In this document: piece by piece, positions 37,970-47,651 of the stretch | Layout: every line of letters starts with the position of its first letter | Position numbering within the stretch: the stretch's first letter is position 1 | Assembly: GCA_965250305.1 (NCBI GenBank) | Contig: CBDFNS010000013.1 | Span: 1-64,000, forward strand | Origin: Candidatus Multivoradales bacterium | GTDB taxonomy: Bacteria > Acidobacteriota > Thermoanaerobaculia > Multivoradales > J023 | Direction of reading: 5' to 3' | Length of the DNA stretch: 64,000 bases | Position numbers and translations under genes: made by a program | Notes under the pieces: generated by a model | The model's database searches: none | Seen by the model: only the letters and a program-made list of their open reading frames with translations | Told to the model about the DNA's origin: nothing

Positions 37970-39316
37970 TTATGCTGCCTCTTCATCGAGTGCCCGCAAT
38001 CGCCCGGCGAAACGGTGGGAATACACGCGCTTCATGGCCTCGAGCTTGAGTGTTTGCCACGGAAAACGCCGCCTGCTCAGCGACCGGCACTCCTCGGGCA
38101 ACATCACCAAGCTGACATGGACATTGGGGGCGCAGCCGATCGGCAGGCCACGCTCCATGCACGCCTCGAATAAGCGTCGGAACACCGGTACCATGTCTTC
38201 GGTGCGTGGTGGCGCGTGATCGGCCAGGTCGGTGCCGGAGAGGGGGCGGAATACGCATACCGTGGGAATGGCACCCACGGAGGTGATCCAGTCGATGGCG
38301 CGGATGGACGACGCGGCCGGCTCGAGGCCAGCGATGATCTCACCGTTCGACACCCAGGGCTCGTGCTTGGGACCGCGTGTGCCGAGGGTGGCGCAGTAGC
38401 GAATGGCCTCGAGGTAGTGGTCGAGGCCGTACTCGCGATGTTTGCCGGGGCAGATCTCCTCGAACAGGGGCCGGTCGAAGATCTCGAAGCAGAACGAAAC
38501 CCGATTGACCCCGATCGCGCGCAGGTGGTCGTAGCGCTTCAAGTCGCGGTGAGGCGGCGTCTGTACACCGACCAGCAGTCCCAGCTCACGCTTGATGCGA
38601 ACGATGAACGGCTCCAGGATGTCCAGGTAGGTGTCGCCGTCATAGTGGCCGGTATTGAAGTCCACATACGTGATGCCCGACTCCCGACGCGCCGTGCGGA
38701 TGACCTCCATCACCTCGTCTACCGATTTGTCGTCCGCGTCGTCGACCCCCAAGTTGAGGCCTACCGAGCAGAATTTGCAGTTCGACCGCTCGGGTTTCTC
38801 GGTCCAATACTCACAGACCTTGGCCTGGTAGATCCCCAAGTAGGTACCCTGTAGCGTGCCGATCCGGGTCATGGCCTTGCCGGTGGCGGTTTCGTGGTCG
38901 TACCACGGTGGTCGCGGCGAGAGCCGTGGCTCGGTCACCAATTTGTCGTGCCACAGTAATCGATAGGCATCCTTGTCAGTACGCCGGAGGCTGTAGGGCG
39001 AATTCTTGGCGAACGGCTCCGAAACCGGGATGTTGGTCCACAGATTGCCGGGAAGGATCAGCTCCAGGCCGCTGCCCAATCCGGCGCGCGTACGCAAGAT
39101 CGGCCGGCCACCGTCGTCGGTCACCAAGCACGACTCGTCCAGTCGTATGCCCTTGCAGTACAGATCCAGCTTCAATAAGCCCGGGCTGCTGCGCAGCGCG
39201 TCGGCGGTGATCTCCATGCCCGCTCCGATCTGGTGGTGAATGATACACGAAGTTGCTCGAGGCTTCGCGGGGCCATGGTAGCCATGGTCAGCCCAGACCG
39301 ATATGACGTTTGTCAT
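37970..39316 (-). CDS. Radical-SAM-like protein with atypical Cys spacing (C-x11-C-x2-C) and a 170-aa N-terminal extension
   Basis: ..AKVCEYWTEKPERSNCKFCS.. is followed by TIM-barrel-like motifs reminiscent of HemN-family radical SAM enzymes (ITYVDFNTGH, AIGVNRVSFCFEIFD). No canonical CxxxCxxC was found. Confidence 0.5.
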   Translation of the reverse strand: MTNVISVWADHGYHGPAKPRATSCIIHHQIGAGMEITADALRSSPGLLKLDLYCKGIRLDESCLVTDDGGRPILRTRAGLGSGLELILPGNLWTNIPVSEPFAKNSPYSLRRTDKDAYRLLWHDKLVTEPRLSPRPPWYDHETATGKAMTRIGTLQGTYLGIYQAKVCEYWTEKPERSNCKFCSVGLNLGVDDADDKSVDEVMEVIRTARRESGITYVDFNTGHYDGDTYLDILEPFIVRIKRELGLLVGVQTPPHRDLKRYDHLRAIGVNRVSFCFEIFDRPLFEEICPGKHREYGLDHYLEAIRYCATLGTRGPKHEPWVSNGEIIAGLEPAASSIRAIDWITSVGAIPTVCVFRPLSGTDLADHAPPRTEDMVPVFRRLFEACMERGLPIGCAPNVHVSLVMLPEECRSLSRRRFPWQTLKLEAMKRVYSHRFAGRLRALDEEAA

Positions 39317-39364
39317 ACGGCCAAGTCCGCATCGTTGGGCACGTTCAAACCTGTAGGGGGCGAT

Positions 39365-40135
39365 CTACGGCGACCATGAGCGCGCTTCTTTGATGCAGGC
39401 GTTGAGAGCGACGCCGCGGTAGCTGGAGCCGGCGAGGCGGAGGTGGGGTGGGCAGTGGGTTTCGATCTCGCGCAGCAGGCGGGCGTGGCCGCGCTCGTAT
39501 TGGGCGATGCCGAGGGGGTGACGGGCGATGCCGTGGGCGCGTGGCGGCGGCAAGGGGCCCCAGGCGCGCCCGAGGTCGCGGAGGGCAAGATCGAGCAAAT
39601 GCTGATCGTCGAGATCGACAGCGGCGGCCTTGCGACGCCCGCCGATGAGCACCCGCACGAGGTGGCGGTCGGCGGGGGCGCGGCCGGCGAAGATCGAGGA
39701 GTCATAGAGCGCGCTCAGGATGCCCAGACCCTGGCCGTGGGGCACCAGGAAGCCAAAGGAGGGCTCGGCCAGGGCGCGCAGGCGGGCGGCGAACGGTAGA
39801 CAGGAGCTGGTGAGGAAGCCTTGGGGGGTCGCCGGTAGCGCCCGCAGGCGGCCGGCGCGCCAAACAAAGCGTTCGCTCGCGGATTGCCCGGCGGGCAGCA
39901 GCCGTGCCTCGAGCCCGAGCTCGGCGACCAATTCGAGGGTGGCAGGCTCGTTGTCGAGAAAGCCGTTGGGTCCCCATTCGACACGGCAGCCGTCGAGGTC
40001 GGTGGTACGGATGTTGCCGCCTACGCGGTCGCGCGCTTCGAAGACCACCACCTCGGCGCGGCCCGCCGGATGGTGGGCTAGGTGATGCGCGGCTGTCAGA
40101 CCGGCGATGCCGGCGCCGAGCACAGCGATCTTCAT
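39365..40135 (-). CDS. hemY: Protoporphyrinogen oxidase (HemY-type) homolog with an about 200-aa in-frame internal deletion
   Basis: N-terminus MKIAVLGAGIAGLTAAHHL..GGNIRT..EWGPNGFLD and C-terminus ..YERGHARLL..LRLAGSSYRGVALNACI match HemY/PPOX. The central substrate/membrane-binding region is absent (junction ..EPSFG|FLVPHG..). Confidence 0.65.
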   Translation of the reverse strand: MKIAVLGAGIAGLTAAHHLAHHPAGRAEVVVFEARDRVGGNIRTTDLDGCRVEWGPNGFLDNEPATLELVAELGLEARLLPAGQSASERFVWRAGRLRALPATPQGFLTSSCLPFAARLRALAEPSFGFLVPHGQGLGILSALYDSSIFAGRAPADRHLVRVLIGGRRKAAAVDLDDQHLLDLALRDLGRAWGPLPPPRAHGIARHPLGIAQYERGHARLLREIETHCPPHLRLAGSSYRGVALNACIKEARSWSP

Positions 40136-40153
40136 GCCGCGCTCATGGCCGGC

Positions 40154-41542
40154 TCACACCATGCGTGAGAAGCGTTGCTCGGCATCGGGATGGCGGCGAT
40201 AGGCGTCGAATACCACGCACACGTTGCGCACGAAGAGACGACCGTCGCCAGTCACGCGGATGCCCTCGTGGCTGAGCTCGACGAAGCCGTCATCGACGAA
40301 CGGCACCAGTGCCTCGATCTCGGACGCGAAGGTAGAGGCGAAGTCGATATTGAAACGCTCCTCGACGTCTGCGGCGTCGACCGCGAAACGGCACATAAGG
40401 GCGGTGATCACGTACCGCCGCAGGTGGTCGTCCGGTGTTAACACGACACCTCGATGGGTCGCCCGTGAGCCTGCGTCGATCGCATGTTGGTAGCGGATCA
40501 ACTTGGTTTCGTTCTGGAACAGGCCGCCTCCGATATCGCTAATGGCGCTCATGCCACAGCCGATCATGTCGGGTGCTTGGCGCACGGTGTAGCCCATGAA
40601 GTTGCGCCATAGGGTACCTTCGTCGAGAGCGCGACCGAGCTCGTCGTCGGGGAGCGCGAAGTGGTCCATACCGATCGACCGGTAGCCGCCCCCACGAAAG
40701 GCTTCGATGGTTCCCGCGAGCAGCTCGAGCTTGACTTCCGGGGTTGGCAAGTCGGATTCGCGGATGCGCTTTTGTTGCACCTTGAGCCACGGCACATGGG
40801 CGTAACTGTAAGCCGCTATCCGCTCGGGCCGCATGCGGAGCACCAAGTCGAGGGTGGCGGCGAATGTCTCGGGCGTTTGTAGTGGTAGGCCGTAGATCAG
40901 ATCGAGGTTGATTGAGCCATAGCCTAAGCCACGCGCGGTTTCGACCATCTCAGCGGTTTGTTCGTAGGACTGAATCCGGTTCACCGCACGCTGTACCGTG
41001 GGGGTGAAGTCTTGAACGCCGAGCGACAAGCGGTTGAAACCCAACGTGCGCAGCGTGTAGAGATGCTCGACGGTGGTCACCCGTGGGTCGATCTCGATCG
41101 CCATCTCAGCGCCAGGCTCGAGCTCGAAGGAATCGCGGATCACCGTCGCGAGCTTGCGCAGTTCGTCGGGGGTCAGCGAGGTGGGTGTGCCGCCGCCCCA
41201 ATGCAGCTGGCGTAGCCGACGGCGGCGTCCGAGCCGGGAGGCGATGGCGCGGATTTCGCGTGTGAGCCCATCGAGGTAGTGCTCCGCCACCGACCGCTTG
41301 CGGGTGATGACCACGTTGCAGCCGCAGTAGAGACAGCGCTCGGCACAGAACGGCAAGTGAACGTAGAGGCTGAGCGGATCAGCCGCCCTAGAGCCGGCCC
41401 CCCGCAGGTGGGCATCATAGGTCGCGGCATCGACGCCCGTGTGAAACTCCGCGGCCGTAGGATAGGACGTGTAGCGTGGGCCCGGCCGGTCGTAGCGGCG
41501 AATGCGTGCGGCGGTAATGGAGCTGTTTCGTGCAGAGTTCAT
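40154..41542 (-). CDS. hemN: Oxygen-independent coproporphyrinogen III oxidase (radical SAM)
   Basis: YRYDRPGPRYTSYPT N-terminus; CxxxCxYC (CAERCLYCGC); GGGTPT; NRLSLGVQDF. Confidence 0.9.
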   Translation of the reverse strand: MNSARNSSITAARIRRYDRPGPRYTSYPTAAEFHTGVDAATYDAHLRGAGSRAADPLSLYVHLPFCAERCLYCGCNVVITRKRSVAEHYLDGLTREIRAIASRLGRRRRLRQLHWGGGTPTSLTPDELRKLATVIRDSFELEPGAEMAIEIDPRVTTVEHLYTLRTLGFNRLSLGVQDFTPTVQRAVNRIQSYEQTAEMVETARGLGYGSINLDLIYGLPLQTPETFAATLDLVLRMRPERIAAYSYAHVPWLKVQQKRIRESDLPTPEVKLELLAGTIEAFRGGGYRSIGMDHFALPDDELGRALDEGTLWRNFMGYTVRQAPDMIGCGMSAISDIGGGLFQNETKLIRYQHAIDAGSRATHRGVVLTPDDHLRRYVITALMCRFAVDAADVEERFNIDFASTFASEIEALVPFVDDGFVELSHEGIRVTGDGRLFVRNVCVVFDAYRRHPDAEQRFSRMV

Positions 41543-41561
41543 TTCTATGTGCAGCAGACTC

Positions 41562-41700
41562 CTAGAGGTCCGGCCGGAAACCCCAAAGCGTCCTGTGTGG
41601 AGGACGGTTTCTTGTCGAAAACACCGGGAGGGGTCCCGAAGGAAGCTGATTTCTGGCGAAATCAGCCTTCAAGAAACAGGCTTTCCGGCCGGACCTCTAG
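41562..41700. repeat. 19-bp perfect terminal inverted repeat (ctagaggtccggccggaaa ... tttccggccggacctctag) enclosing a 101-bp structured core
   Basis: Arms lie at 41562-41580 and 41682-41700. Internal hairpins include cgtcct-gtgtgg-aggacg and gctgatttc-tggcg-gaaatcagc. The element fills the whole gap between the upstream stop and the hemN ATG. Confidence 0.6.
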
Positions 41701-41703
41701 TAC

Positions 41704-42333
41704 TTAGGTACCGGGGAACGTCTCGAGGTGGTTGGCGAGCTTCGCGAGCAGATCGTCCAAGTTGGTCTCAGGTGGGGCCAGGGGCACCAGTCGGTATTCT
41801 GGGTTGGTGGGCGCGTCCGTCGCGTTGAGCCGGGTCAACCGGTGGTGAAAGTCTTGGGCCAGGCGGCAAAGAGCGAGGAGGTGGCGACCGTAGCCATCTT
41901 GGTCGAGGGGCATCATGCGGTGGTTGAAGAGCACCGCCGCGGCCGCCGCGCCGGGTTTGGAACCCTCGAGGGAGACGTTGTTGGGGTTGCAGAGCATGGA
42001 GGCCAGGTACGCCACCATCCCGGGCATGGCGACCTCGGAGACCATGTGGGCCATGTAGCGCGGAGAGAAAAAGGGGACATCGAGCTTGAGGTCCGAGATC
42101 AGCTCGAACAGCTCTTGAAGAAAACGCCCGCGGTAGGCTTCGGCGTCTAGGGTCTGGAGCGATCGATAGGAGATGGCGGGTGGATCTTTGGGATGGTAGT
42201 TCCGGCGCCAGAATATGTAGTCATCAACCACCAACTCGACGACCTCTTTGAAGAAGCGCCGCAACTCGCTCTTCGGTCCGAGAAAAAAGTGATCGAGAGA
42301 GTCGTCTTCACGCATCGAAACGCTCCGCGCCAA
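41704..42333 (-). CDS. Hypothetical protein (weak resemblance to the N-terminal region of PLP-dependent group II decarboxylases)
   Basis: ..FFSPRYMAHMVSEVAMPGMVAYLASMLCNPNNVSLEGS.. resembles the HPRFxxxxxSG..LNxN..E.SP region of group II decarboxylases. The protein is only 209 aa long. Confidence 0.4.
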   Translation of the reverse strand: MARSVSMREDDSLDHFFLGPKSELRRFFKEVVELVVDDYIFWRRNYHPKDPPAISYRSLQTLDAEAYRGRFLQELFELISDLKLDVPFFSPRYMAHMVSEVAMPGMVAYLASMLCNPNNVSLEGSKPGAAAAAVLFNHRMMPLDQDGYGRHLLALCRLAQDFHHRLTRLNATDAPTNPEYRLVPLAPPETNLDDLLAKLANHLETFPGT

Positions 42334-42578
42334 GTCGCGACGACCGATGCCTACGCCGAGCCGCCCTCAAAGGGGGATACTCGAAGGCGGCCCGACGCGA
42401 ATCCATCTGAAGAAGCAGGGTACGCAGGCACTCGCGGCGTCCGTATGATGGCTGTCATGTCGCGGCGTGGAGATCGGCGCGACCATGGGGTGATCGCAGG
42501 CTGGCCGTCGTTGCCGGCGCTGGAATCCTTCGACAAACCCGTTCGCCAACCCCGTTCAACCAACCCTGATTTGGGAGC

Positions 42579-43265
42579 TTGCCGATGACCCTCGATACGA
42601 TTGTGAGCGCGCGAACCACCGTCGGTGCGATCGCCACCGAACATCCCCTGGCCACCCGTGTCTTTGCCCGCCACGGCATTGACTTCTGCTGCGGCGGGGG
42701 CCGACCTCTCGAGGACGTTTGTAGCGCCAAGAGTCTGGTGCTGGATGACGTGCTCTCGGAAATCGATCAGGAAATCCACGGCTCGGAAGACGGTGAGGTC
42801 CGCTGGGACCAGCGTCCGTTGCCAGCGCTGGTGACGCATATTCTCGAGCGCTACCACGAGCCGCTGAAAGAAGAGCTGCCTCGTCTCGAGGCCATGGCGA
42901 CCAAGGTTCACCGTGTTCATGGCGAAAAGGACCCGGCACTGGCGGAGATTCTCGAAGTACTCCTTGCCCTCCGGCAGGACCTCGATCAGCACATGATGAA
43001 AGAAGAGCGGGTGCTGTTTCCGATGATCCTGAGCGGTCAGGGTCGCACGGCGGGGGGACCGGTCTCGGTGATGGAAGAGGAGCACGAGGCCGCGGGCGAG
43101 ATGCTGCGGCGTCTACGGTCTCTGACCAACGACTACCAGCCTCCCGCCGACGCGTGCAACACCTGGCGGGCATTGTGGGCCGGCCTGGACGCGCTCGAGC
43201 GTGATCTGCACGAGCACATCCACTTGGAGAACAACATCCTCCACAAGCGCGCCTTGGCGGGATAG
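42579..43265 (+). CDS. ytfE: Iron-sulfur cluster repair di-iron protein (RIC/YtfE/ScdA family)
   Basis: ScdA_N motif HGIDFCCGGG and a hemerythrin-like C-terminus (H..H..E pairs). Confidence 0.8.
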   Translation: MPMTLDTIVSARTTVGAIATEHPLATRVFARHGIDFCCGGGRPLEDVCSAKSLVLDDVLSEIDQEIHGSEDGEVRWDQRPLPALVTHILERYHEPLKEELPRLEAMATKVHRVHGEKDPALAEILEVLLALRQDLDQHMMKEERVLFPMILSGQGRTAGGPVSVMEEEHEAAGEMLRRLRSLTNDYQPPADACNTWRALWAGLDALERDLHEHIHLENNILHKRALAG

Positions 43266-43425
43266 GACACCGGGAGTCGGCTGGGTCTCCGGCTCGGGGG
43301 GCCTCGGGTGGCTGGCGTCCCAAGGGCACGCGGTCACGCTATCAGCGTCCATGACGGCGGTCATACGGTGAGGGGCCGGTCGCCTTGTAGGTTGGCAGCA
43401 GAGGAACGCGATCAGGGAGACCCCC

Positions 43426-44610
43426 GTGAACGAGAACAGGCCCATAGAAGAACGCCTTCTCGACGACTGGCGGGATCAGTCTCTGGAGGAAATCCTGGCC
43501 CAATGCCGGGATACGGTCGAGGATCCGGCCTATCCGACGGTTCAGCGCTGGCGCGCGCGCGGCGGCAAGGTCGTCGGTCACTTCCAGGTCTACTCGCCGC
43601 AAGAGATCGTGCACGCGGCCGGCATGCTGCCGGTCAAGGTGCGGGGCGCGCCACTGGAGCCGACCGAGGCGGACGCGCACTTCGGCTCGTATTTGTGTTC
43701 GATCCTCAAGACCTCGTTGGAGTTGGCGCTCAGCGGCCGGCTCGAGTTGGAGATGTTCGTCAGCCACCCGATCTGTGACGCCGCCCGCAATCTCGCCGCC
43801 ATCTGGGGTCGCAACGCTGCGTATCCATGCCAGATTCTCTACCTGCCGCAGAACGCCAACTCGTCGCATACGGTGCGTTATCTGCGCGCCGAGTACGCCC
43901 GCTTCCTGGCGAGCGTGGAGGCGGTGGCCGGGTGCACGATCTCCGATCACGATCTTCGTGACTCGATCCGGCTGTTCAACGAGAACCGGCGCCTGATGCG
44001 TGCGCTCTACGACATCAAACGCGAGAGCCCATGGCAGGTTTCGGCCGAAGACGCCTATTGCCTGGTGGCGATCGGGGGCATGATCTCGGTCGAGGAGCAC
44101 AATGACCTGCTGCATACGGTCTTGCCGATGTTGCGTGCCCACGACGCCAAGGCGGAGGACCGGGTGCGCGTCGTGTTCGAGGGCGCCTTCTGCGAGCAGC
44201 CGCCCCTCGACCTGATTCGCATGGTCGGGCGCTCGTGTTACATCGTCGACGACGATTTCCTGATCGGCCTTCGTTGGCTCTTGGAGGATGTCGCCACCGA
44301 CGGTGATCCGTTGCGCAACCTGGCCCACGCCTACGTCGAGGCTTCCAGCTACAGCCCGGTTCAGCACGATAACCGCAAACCCAAGGAGGAGATGCTGTGC
44401 CAGCGGATCGAGCGTGCCGGCGCAGTCGCGGCGATCATCGGCGCGGCCAAGATGTGCGAGCCGGGTCTCGAAGAGCAGGTGGCGTACATCCGGGCGCTCG
44501 AGGACAGCGGTGTGCCCTATTTCCTTACCGAGTTCGAGGAGAACATGACCAGCTTCAATCAGTTGGAGCTGCAGGTGGAGACCTTCGTCGAGAACCTGCT
44601 CTTCGGTTGA
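43426..44610 (+). CDS. bcrC: Benzoyl-CoA reductase / 2-hydroxyacyl-CoA dehydratase family subunit (BcrC/BadD/HgdB-like)
   Basis: HgdB/BcrC-family sequence (..FQVYSPQEIVHAAGMLPV.., ..HPICDAARN..). First gene of a coupled four-gene set. Confidence 0.65.
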   Translation: MNENRPIEERLLDDWRDQSLEEILAQCRDTVEDPAYPTVQRWRARGGKVVGHFQVYSPQEIVHAAGMLPVKVRGAPLEPTEADAHFGSYLCSILKTSLELALSGRLELEMFVSHPICDAARNLAAIWGRNAAYPCQILYLPQNANSSHTVRYLRAEYARFLASVEAVAGCTISDHDLRDSIRLFNENRRLMRALYDIKRESPWQVSAEDAYCLVAIGGMISVEEHNDLLHTVLPMLRAHDAKAEDRVRVVFEGAFCEQPPLDLIRMVGRSCYIVDDDFLIGLRWLLEDVATDGDPLRNLAHAYVEASSYSPVQHDNRKPKEEMLCQRIERAGAVAAIIGAAKMCEPGLEEQVAYIRALEDSGVPYFLTEFEENMTSFNQLELQVETFVENLLFG

Positions 44611-44638
44611 GTGGCGTGGTCGTTGCGAGGAGGCCCTA

Positions 44639-45967
44639 ATGGTAGACGAGAACCTGGAACGAGCCAACCCGAAAGCCGAGGATAGCGCCCTGGTCGGACG
44701 CGGAAGCCGGGACGGCGCGGAGCTGTTTCGCGATTGGTTCGCCACCCTGAGCGAGACCGCCGCGCGTGGCGAAGGCGCCGCCTACGTGTTCGTTATGGGC
44801 AGCCTCAATGAGCTCCTCGGGGCCTTCGATCTGCCGGTAGTTTTTCCCGAGATCAATTCATTGCAGACCGCGGTGCGGCGGGTCGCCCACGAGTACCTCG
44901 ACGAGGCCGAGGACTACGGCTACTCCCCGGATATCTGTGGCTATGTCAAAGCCGACGTGGCCGTGCAGCTGCGCGGCGGTGCCCATCCCATGGGCCAGAT
45001 TCCCAAGCCGCGCCTGGCGGTCTACACCAACGCCTGCAACACCTACATCAAGTGGGCGGAGATCTGGCAGCGGATGTACGGCATTCCGATTTTCACCATC
45101 GATGTCCCCGGCACCCGCCAGGCCGGCGCGCAGACCAGGCCTGGTGACCGCTCTTTTGAGGTTGACCGGTGTTACGTGGAGGCACAGATTCGTGAGCTCA
45201 TCGGCGTCTGTGAAGAAGTCACTGGCCGTTGCTTCGACATCGACAAGCTGCGCCAGAACATGGGCTATGCCAATCGGATGAGTGCCGCTTGGAAGCGCGC
45301 CTTGGAGCTCAACCGCAGCCACCCATCGGTGTTCAACGCACTCACCGATGGCACCATCTACTTGGGTGTTGCGAACGGTCTTCGCGGCACCGAGGCCGGC
45401 GCCCGCTACTTTGACGAGCTGGTCGAGGAGTTGGAATACAAGGCGAAGGTCGGCATCGGCACGCTGACCGACGAGCAGCATCGCCTGGTCTTCGTCGGGG
45501 TACCCTGCTATCCGATTTTTAGGCGCTTCAATGAGTTGTTCAGCGAGTGGGGCGGCAGCTTCGTCGCCTCGACCTATTTGTGGTTCGCCTCCGGCGGTAC
45601 CAATCGCGGCTTCCAATACGATCTGGCGAAACCCGTCGAGAGCTTGGCGGAGGGCTTGCTGTTGAGCGTGCGCGACGCCATGGACAGCATGTTCTTCAAC
45701 GACGTGACGGTCCGCGGCATGATCGACGAATTCGCCATCGACGGCGTGGTCTTCCATCCGATCAAGAGCTGCCGAACAGTGTCCACCGGCCTGGCCGACG
45801 GCCGGCGGGCGTTGATGGCGGCGTGCGGCATTCCGAGCTTGTTCATCGAGTCGGACATGATGGACCGGCGGGTGGTCTCGGAGGCCCAGATCAAGAACCG
45901 GGTCGATGCCTTCTTCGAGGGCTTGAACAGCCGCCGGCAGCAGCGCGCGGCGTCGGAGGTGGTGTGA
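44639..45967 (+). CDS. bcrB: Benzoyl-CoA reductase / 2-hydroxyacyl-CoA dehydratase family subunit (BcrB/BadE/HgdA-like)
   Basis: HgdA/BcrB-family sequence (..[12 protein letters not shown].., ..[11 protein letters not shown]..). Confidence 0.65.
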   Translation: MVDENLERANPKAEDSALVGRGSRDGAELFRDWFATLSETAARGEGAAYVFVMGSLNELLGAFDLPVVFPEINSLQTAVRRVAHEYLDEAEDYGYSPDICGYVKADVAVQLRGGAHPMGQIPKPRLAVYTNACNTYIKWAEIWQRMYGIPIFTIDVPGTRQAGAQTRPGDRSFEVDRCYVEAQIRELIGVCEEVTGRCFDIDKLRQNMGYANRMSAAWKRALELNRSHPSVFNALTDGTIYLGVANGLRGTEAGARYFDELVEELEYKAKVGIGTLTDEQHRLVFVGVPCYPIFRRFNELFSEWGGSFVASTYLWFASGGTNRGFQYDLAKPVESLAEGLLLSVRDAMDSMFFNDVTVRGMIDEFAIDGVVFHPIKSCRTVSTGLADGRRALMAACGIPSLFIESDMMDRRVVSEAQIKNRVDAFFEGLNSRRQQRAASEVV

Positions 45968-46803
45968 TGGCGCACGCGGGCGGTGTCGATGTCGGCTCGA
46001 CTCAGACCAAGGCGGTGATCGTCGACGAGTGCGCCAAGATCGTCGGCCGGGCGCTCACCGACACCGGCGCCAACGTGGTGCAGGCGGCCGAGAAGGCCTA
46101 CTACGAGGCGTTGGCGTCGAGTGGCGTCGGCGAGCGAGAGGTCGAATGGATCATCGGTACCGGCTACGGCCGCTACCGGGTGACCTTCGGAAATGCTCAA
46201 GTGACCGAAATCAGCTGCCACGGTCGTGGTGCGGTCCACCTCTTTCCAGCCACCCGTACCGTGGTCGATATGGGTGGCCAGGACACCAAGGCGATTCGGG
46301 TCAGCGCCCAGGGTGAGATCGTCGACTTCTGCATGAACGACAAATGTGCGGCCGGCACCGGCCGCTTCCTGGGAGCCGCCGCGGCCGCCCTGGACATTCA
46401 GATGGCCGACCTCGGTCCGACCGCGCTGCGTTCCGAGAAACCCGTACGTATCTCGACCACCTGCACGGTCTTCGCCGAGTCGGAGGTGCTCTCGTGGCTG
46501 GGCAAGGGCAAGAAGATCGAAGACATCCTGTGGGGGGTGCACAAATCCATCGCCATGCGTACCGGCGGCTTGTTGCGGCGGGTCGGGATCGAGGACGAGG
46601 TGACCTTCACCGGCGGTGTATCGCGCAACCCGGCGATGGTGCGGGCGATCGAAGAACGGGTCGGAACCAGCCTCAACTTCAGTGAAGAGTCCCACTTCGT
46701 CGGCGCGTTGGGCGCGGCGCTGTTTGCCCTCGACCACATTCGTTCCCGCCGTGAGCCGCCGCCGGAGAGAATGCCGACCACCGTCGAGGAGCCCGTGACA
46801 TGA
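45967..46803 (+). CDS. bcrA: BadF/BadG/BcrA/BcrD-type ATPase subunit (short, about 279 aa)
   Basis: Acetate/sugar-kinase-fold ATPase [12 protein letters not shown].. with the Cys pair CAAGTG for the bridging [4Fe-4S]. 1-nt overlap with the previous stop. Confidence 0.65.
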   Translation: MAHAGGVDVGSTQTKAVIVDECAKIVGRALTDTGANVVQAAEKAYYEALASSGVGEREVEWIIGTGYGRYRVTFGNAQVTEISCHGRGAVHLFPATRTVVDMGGQDTKAIRVSAQGEIVDFCMNDKCAAGTGRFLGAAAAALDIQMADLGPTALRSEKPVRISTTCTVFAESEVLSWLGKGKKIEDILWGVHKSIAMRTGGLLRRVGIEDEVTFTGGVSRNPAMVRAIEERVGTSLNFSEESHFVGALGAALFALDHIRSRREPPPERMPTTVEEPVT

Positions 46804-47651
46804 GCGTCGTGACCGCCGGCATCGATGTTGGCTCCACCTATACCAAGGCGGTGGTCCTGGCCGCCGATGGCACCATTCTGGGACAGGCGCTCAAAGCCAC
46901 CGGCTTTCGTCTCACCGAGGTCGCCGAGGTGGTGTTGCACCAGGCGCTGAGCGCCGCTGGCCTGGAGGCGGATGAGGTCGCCTACGTGGTTTCGACGGGT
47001 GCCGGCCGGCACCAGGTGGCGATCAAGGATGTCGCGGTCACCGACCTTACCGCCGGAGCGCGCGGTGCCGCGTACTTCTTTCCCGGCACGCGCACGGTGC
47101 TCGATGTCGGTGGTCAGACCATGAAGGCCAGCCGGCTCGATTCGGCGGCGCTGGTCCAGTCTTTCCGGTTGAACGACAAGTGCGCGGCCGGTACCGGCGC
47201 ATTCTTGGAAAAGACCGCGCGTTACATGGGCTATGGCACCGAGGAGATCGGCCCACTGATGGCGACCTCGCACGAAGCGGTGCCCATCTCGGGTGTGTGC
47301 GCGGTGTTCGCCGAGTCGGAGGTGATCAACCACCTATCTCTGGGGGTGGCGCCTTGCGACATCATGCAGGGCGCCATCGAATCATTGGTCGGCCGCTCGG
47401 TGCAGCTGATGAAGCGGGCGAAGGGTGAGCCCGAGTTCACGCTGGTCGGCGGCATCCTGCGCTTCGAGACCATGGCGAAGGTGGTGCGGGAGCGCCTCGG
47501 CCACGAGGTCAACGTGCCGCCCGGTGAGATGTGCCAGCTATCGACCGCGCTGGGTGCCGCCGTGCTCGGCCATCGTCGGTTGGAGAAGCTGGGCCGGTCG
47601 ACCGGCGCGCGGCCGAGCAGGGTGGCGCGACATGCCGTGGCGGGAGTATGA
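46800..47651 (+). CDS. bcrD: BadF/BadG/BcrA/BcrD-type ATPase subunit (about 283 aa)
   Basis: [12 protein letters not shown]..; [13 protein letters not shown] overlap with the upstream gene. Confidence 0.65.
   Translation: MSVVTAGIDVGSTYTKAVVLAADGTILGQALKATGFRLTEVAEVVLHQALSAAGLEADEVAYVVSTGAGRHQVAIKDVAVTDLTAGARGAAYFFPGTRTVLDVGGQTMKASRLDSAALVQSFRLNDKCAAGTGAFLEKTARYMGYGTEEIGPLMATSHEAVPISGVCAVFAESEVINHLSLGVAPCDIMQGAIESLVGRSVQLMKRAKGEPEFTLVGGILRFETMAKVVRERLGHEVNVPPGEMCQLSTALGAAVLGHRRLEKLGRSTGARPSRVARHAVAGV

Noticed and set aside
41704-42333. Truncated PLP-dependent decarboxylase pseudogene
   Set aside because: Similarity is limited to one short N-terminal motif. A full-length decarboxylase would have to run through hemN, so it is annotated only as hypothetical with a weak resemblance.
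45547-45966. N-terminal extension of the first ATPase gene (ORF 45547..46803)
   Set aside because: The extension is the alternative frame of the HgdA-like gene. The true start is the ATG at 45967, which overlaps the upstream stop.
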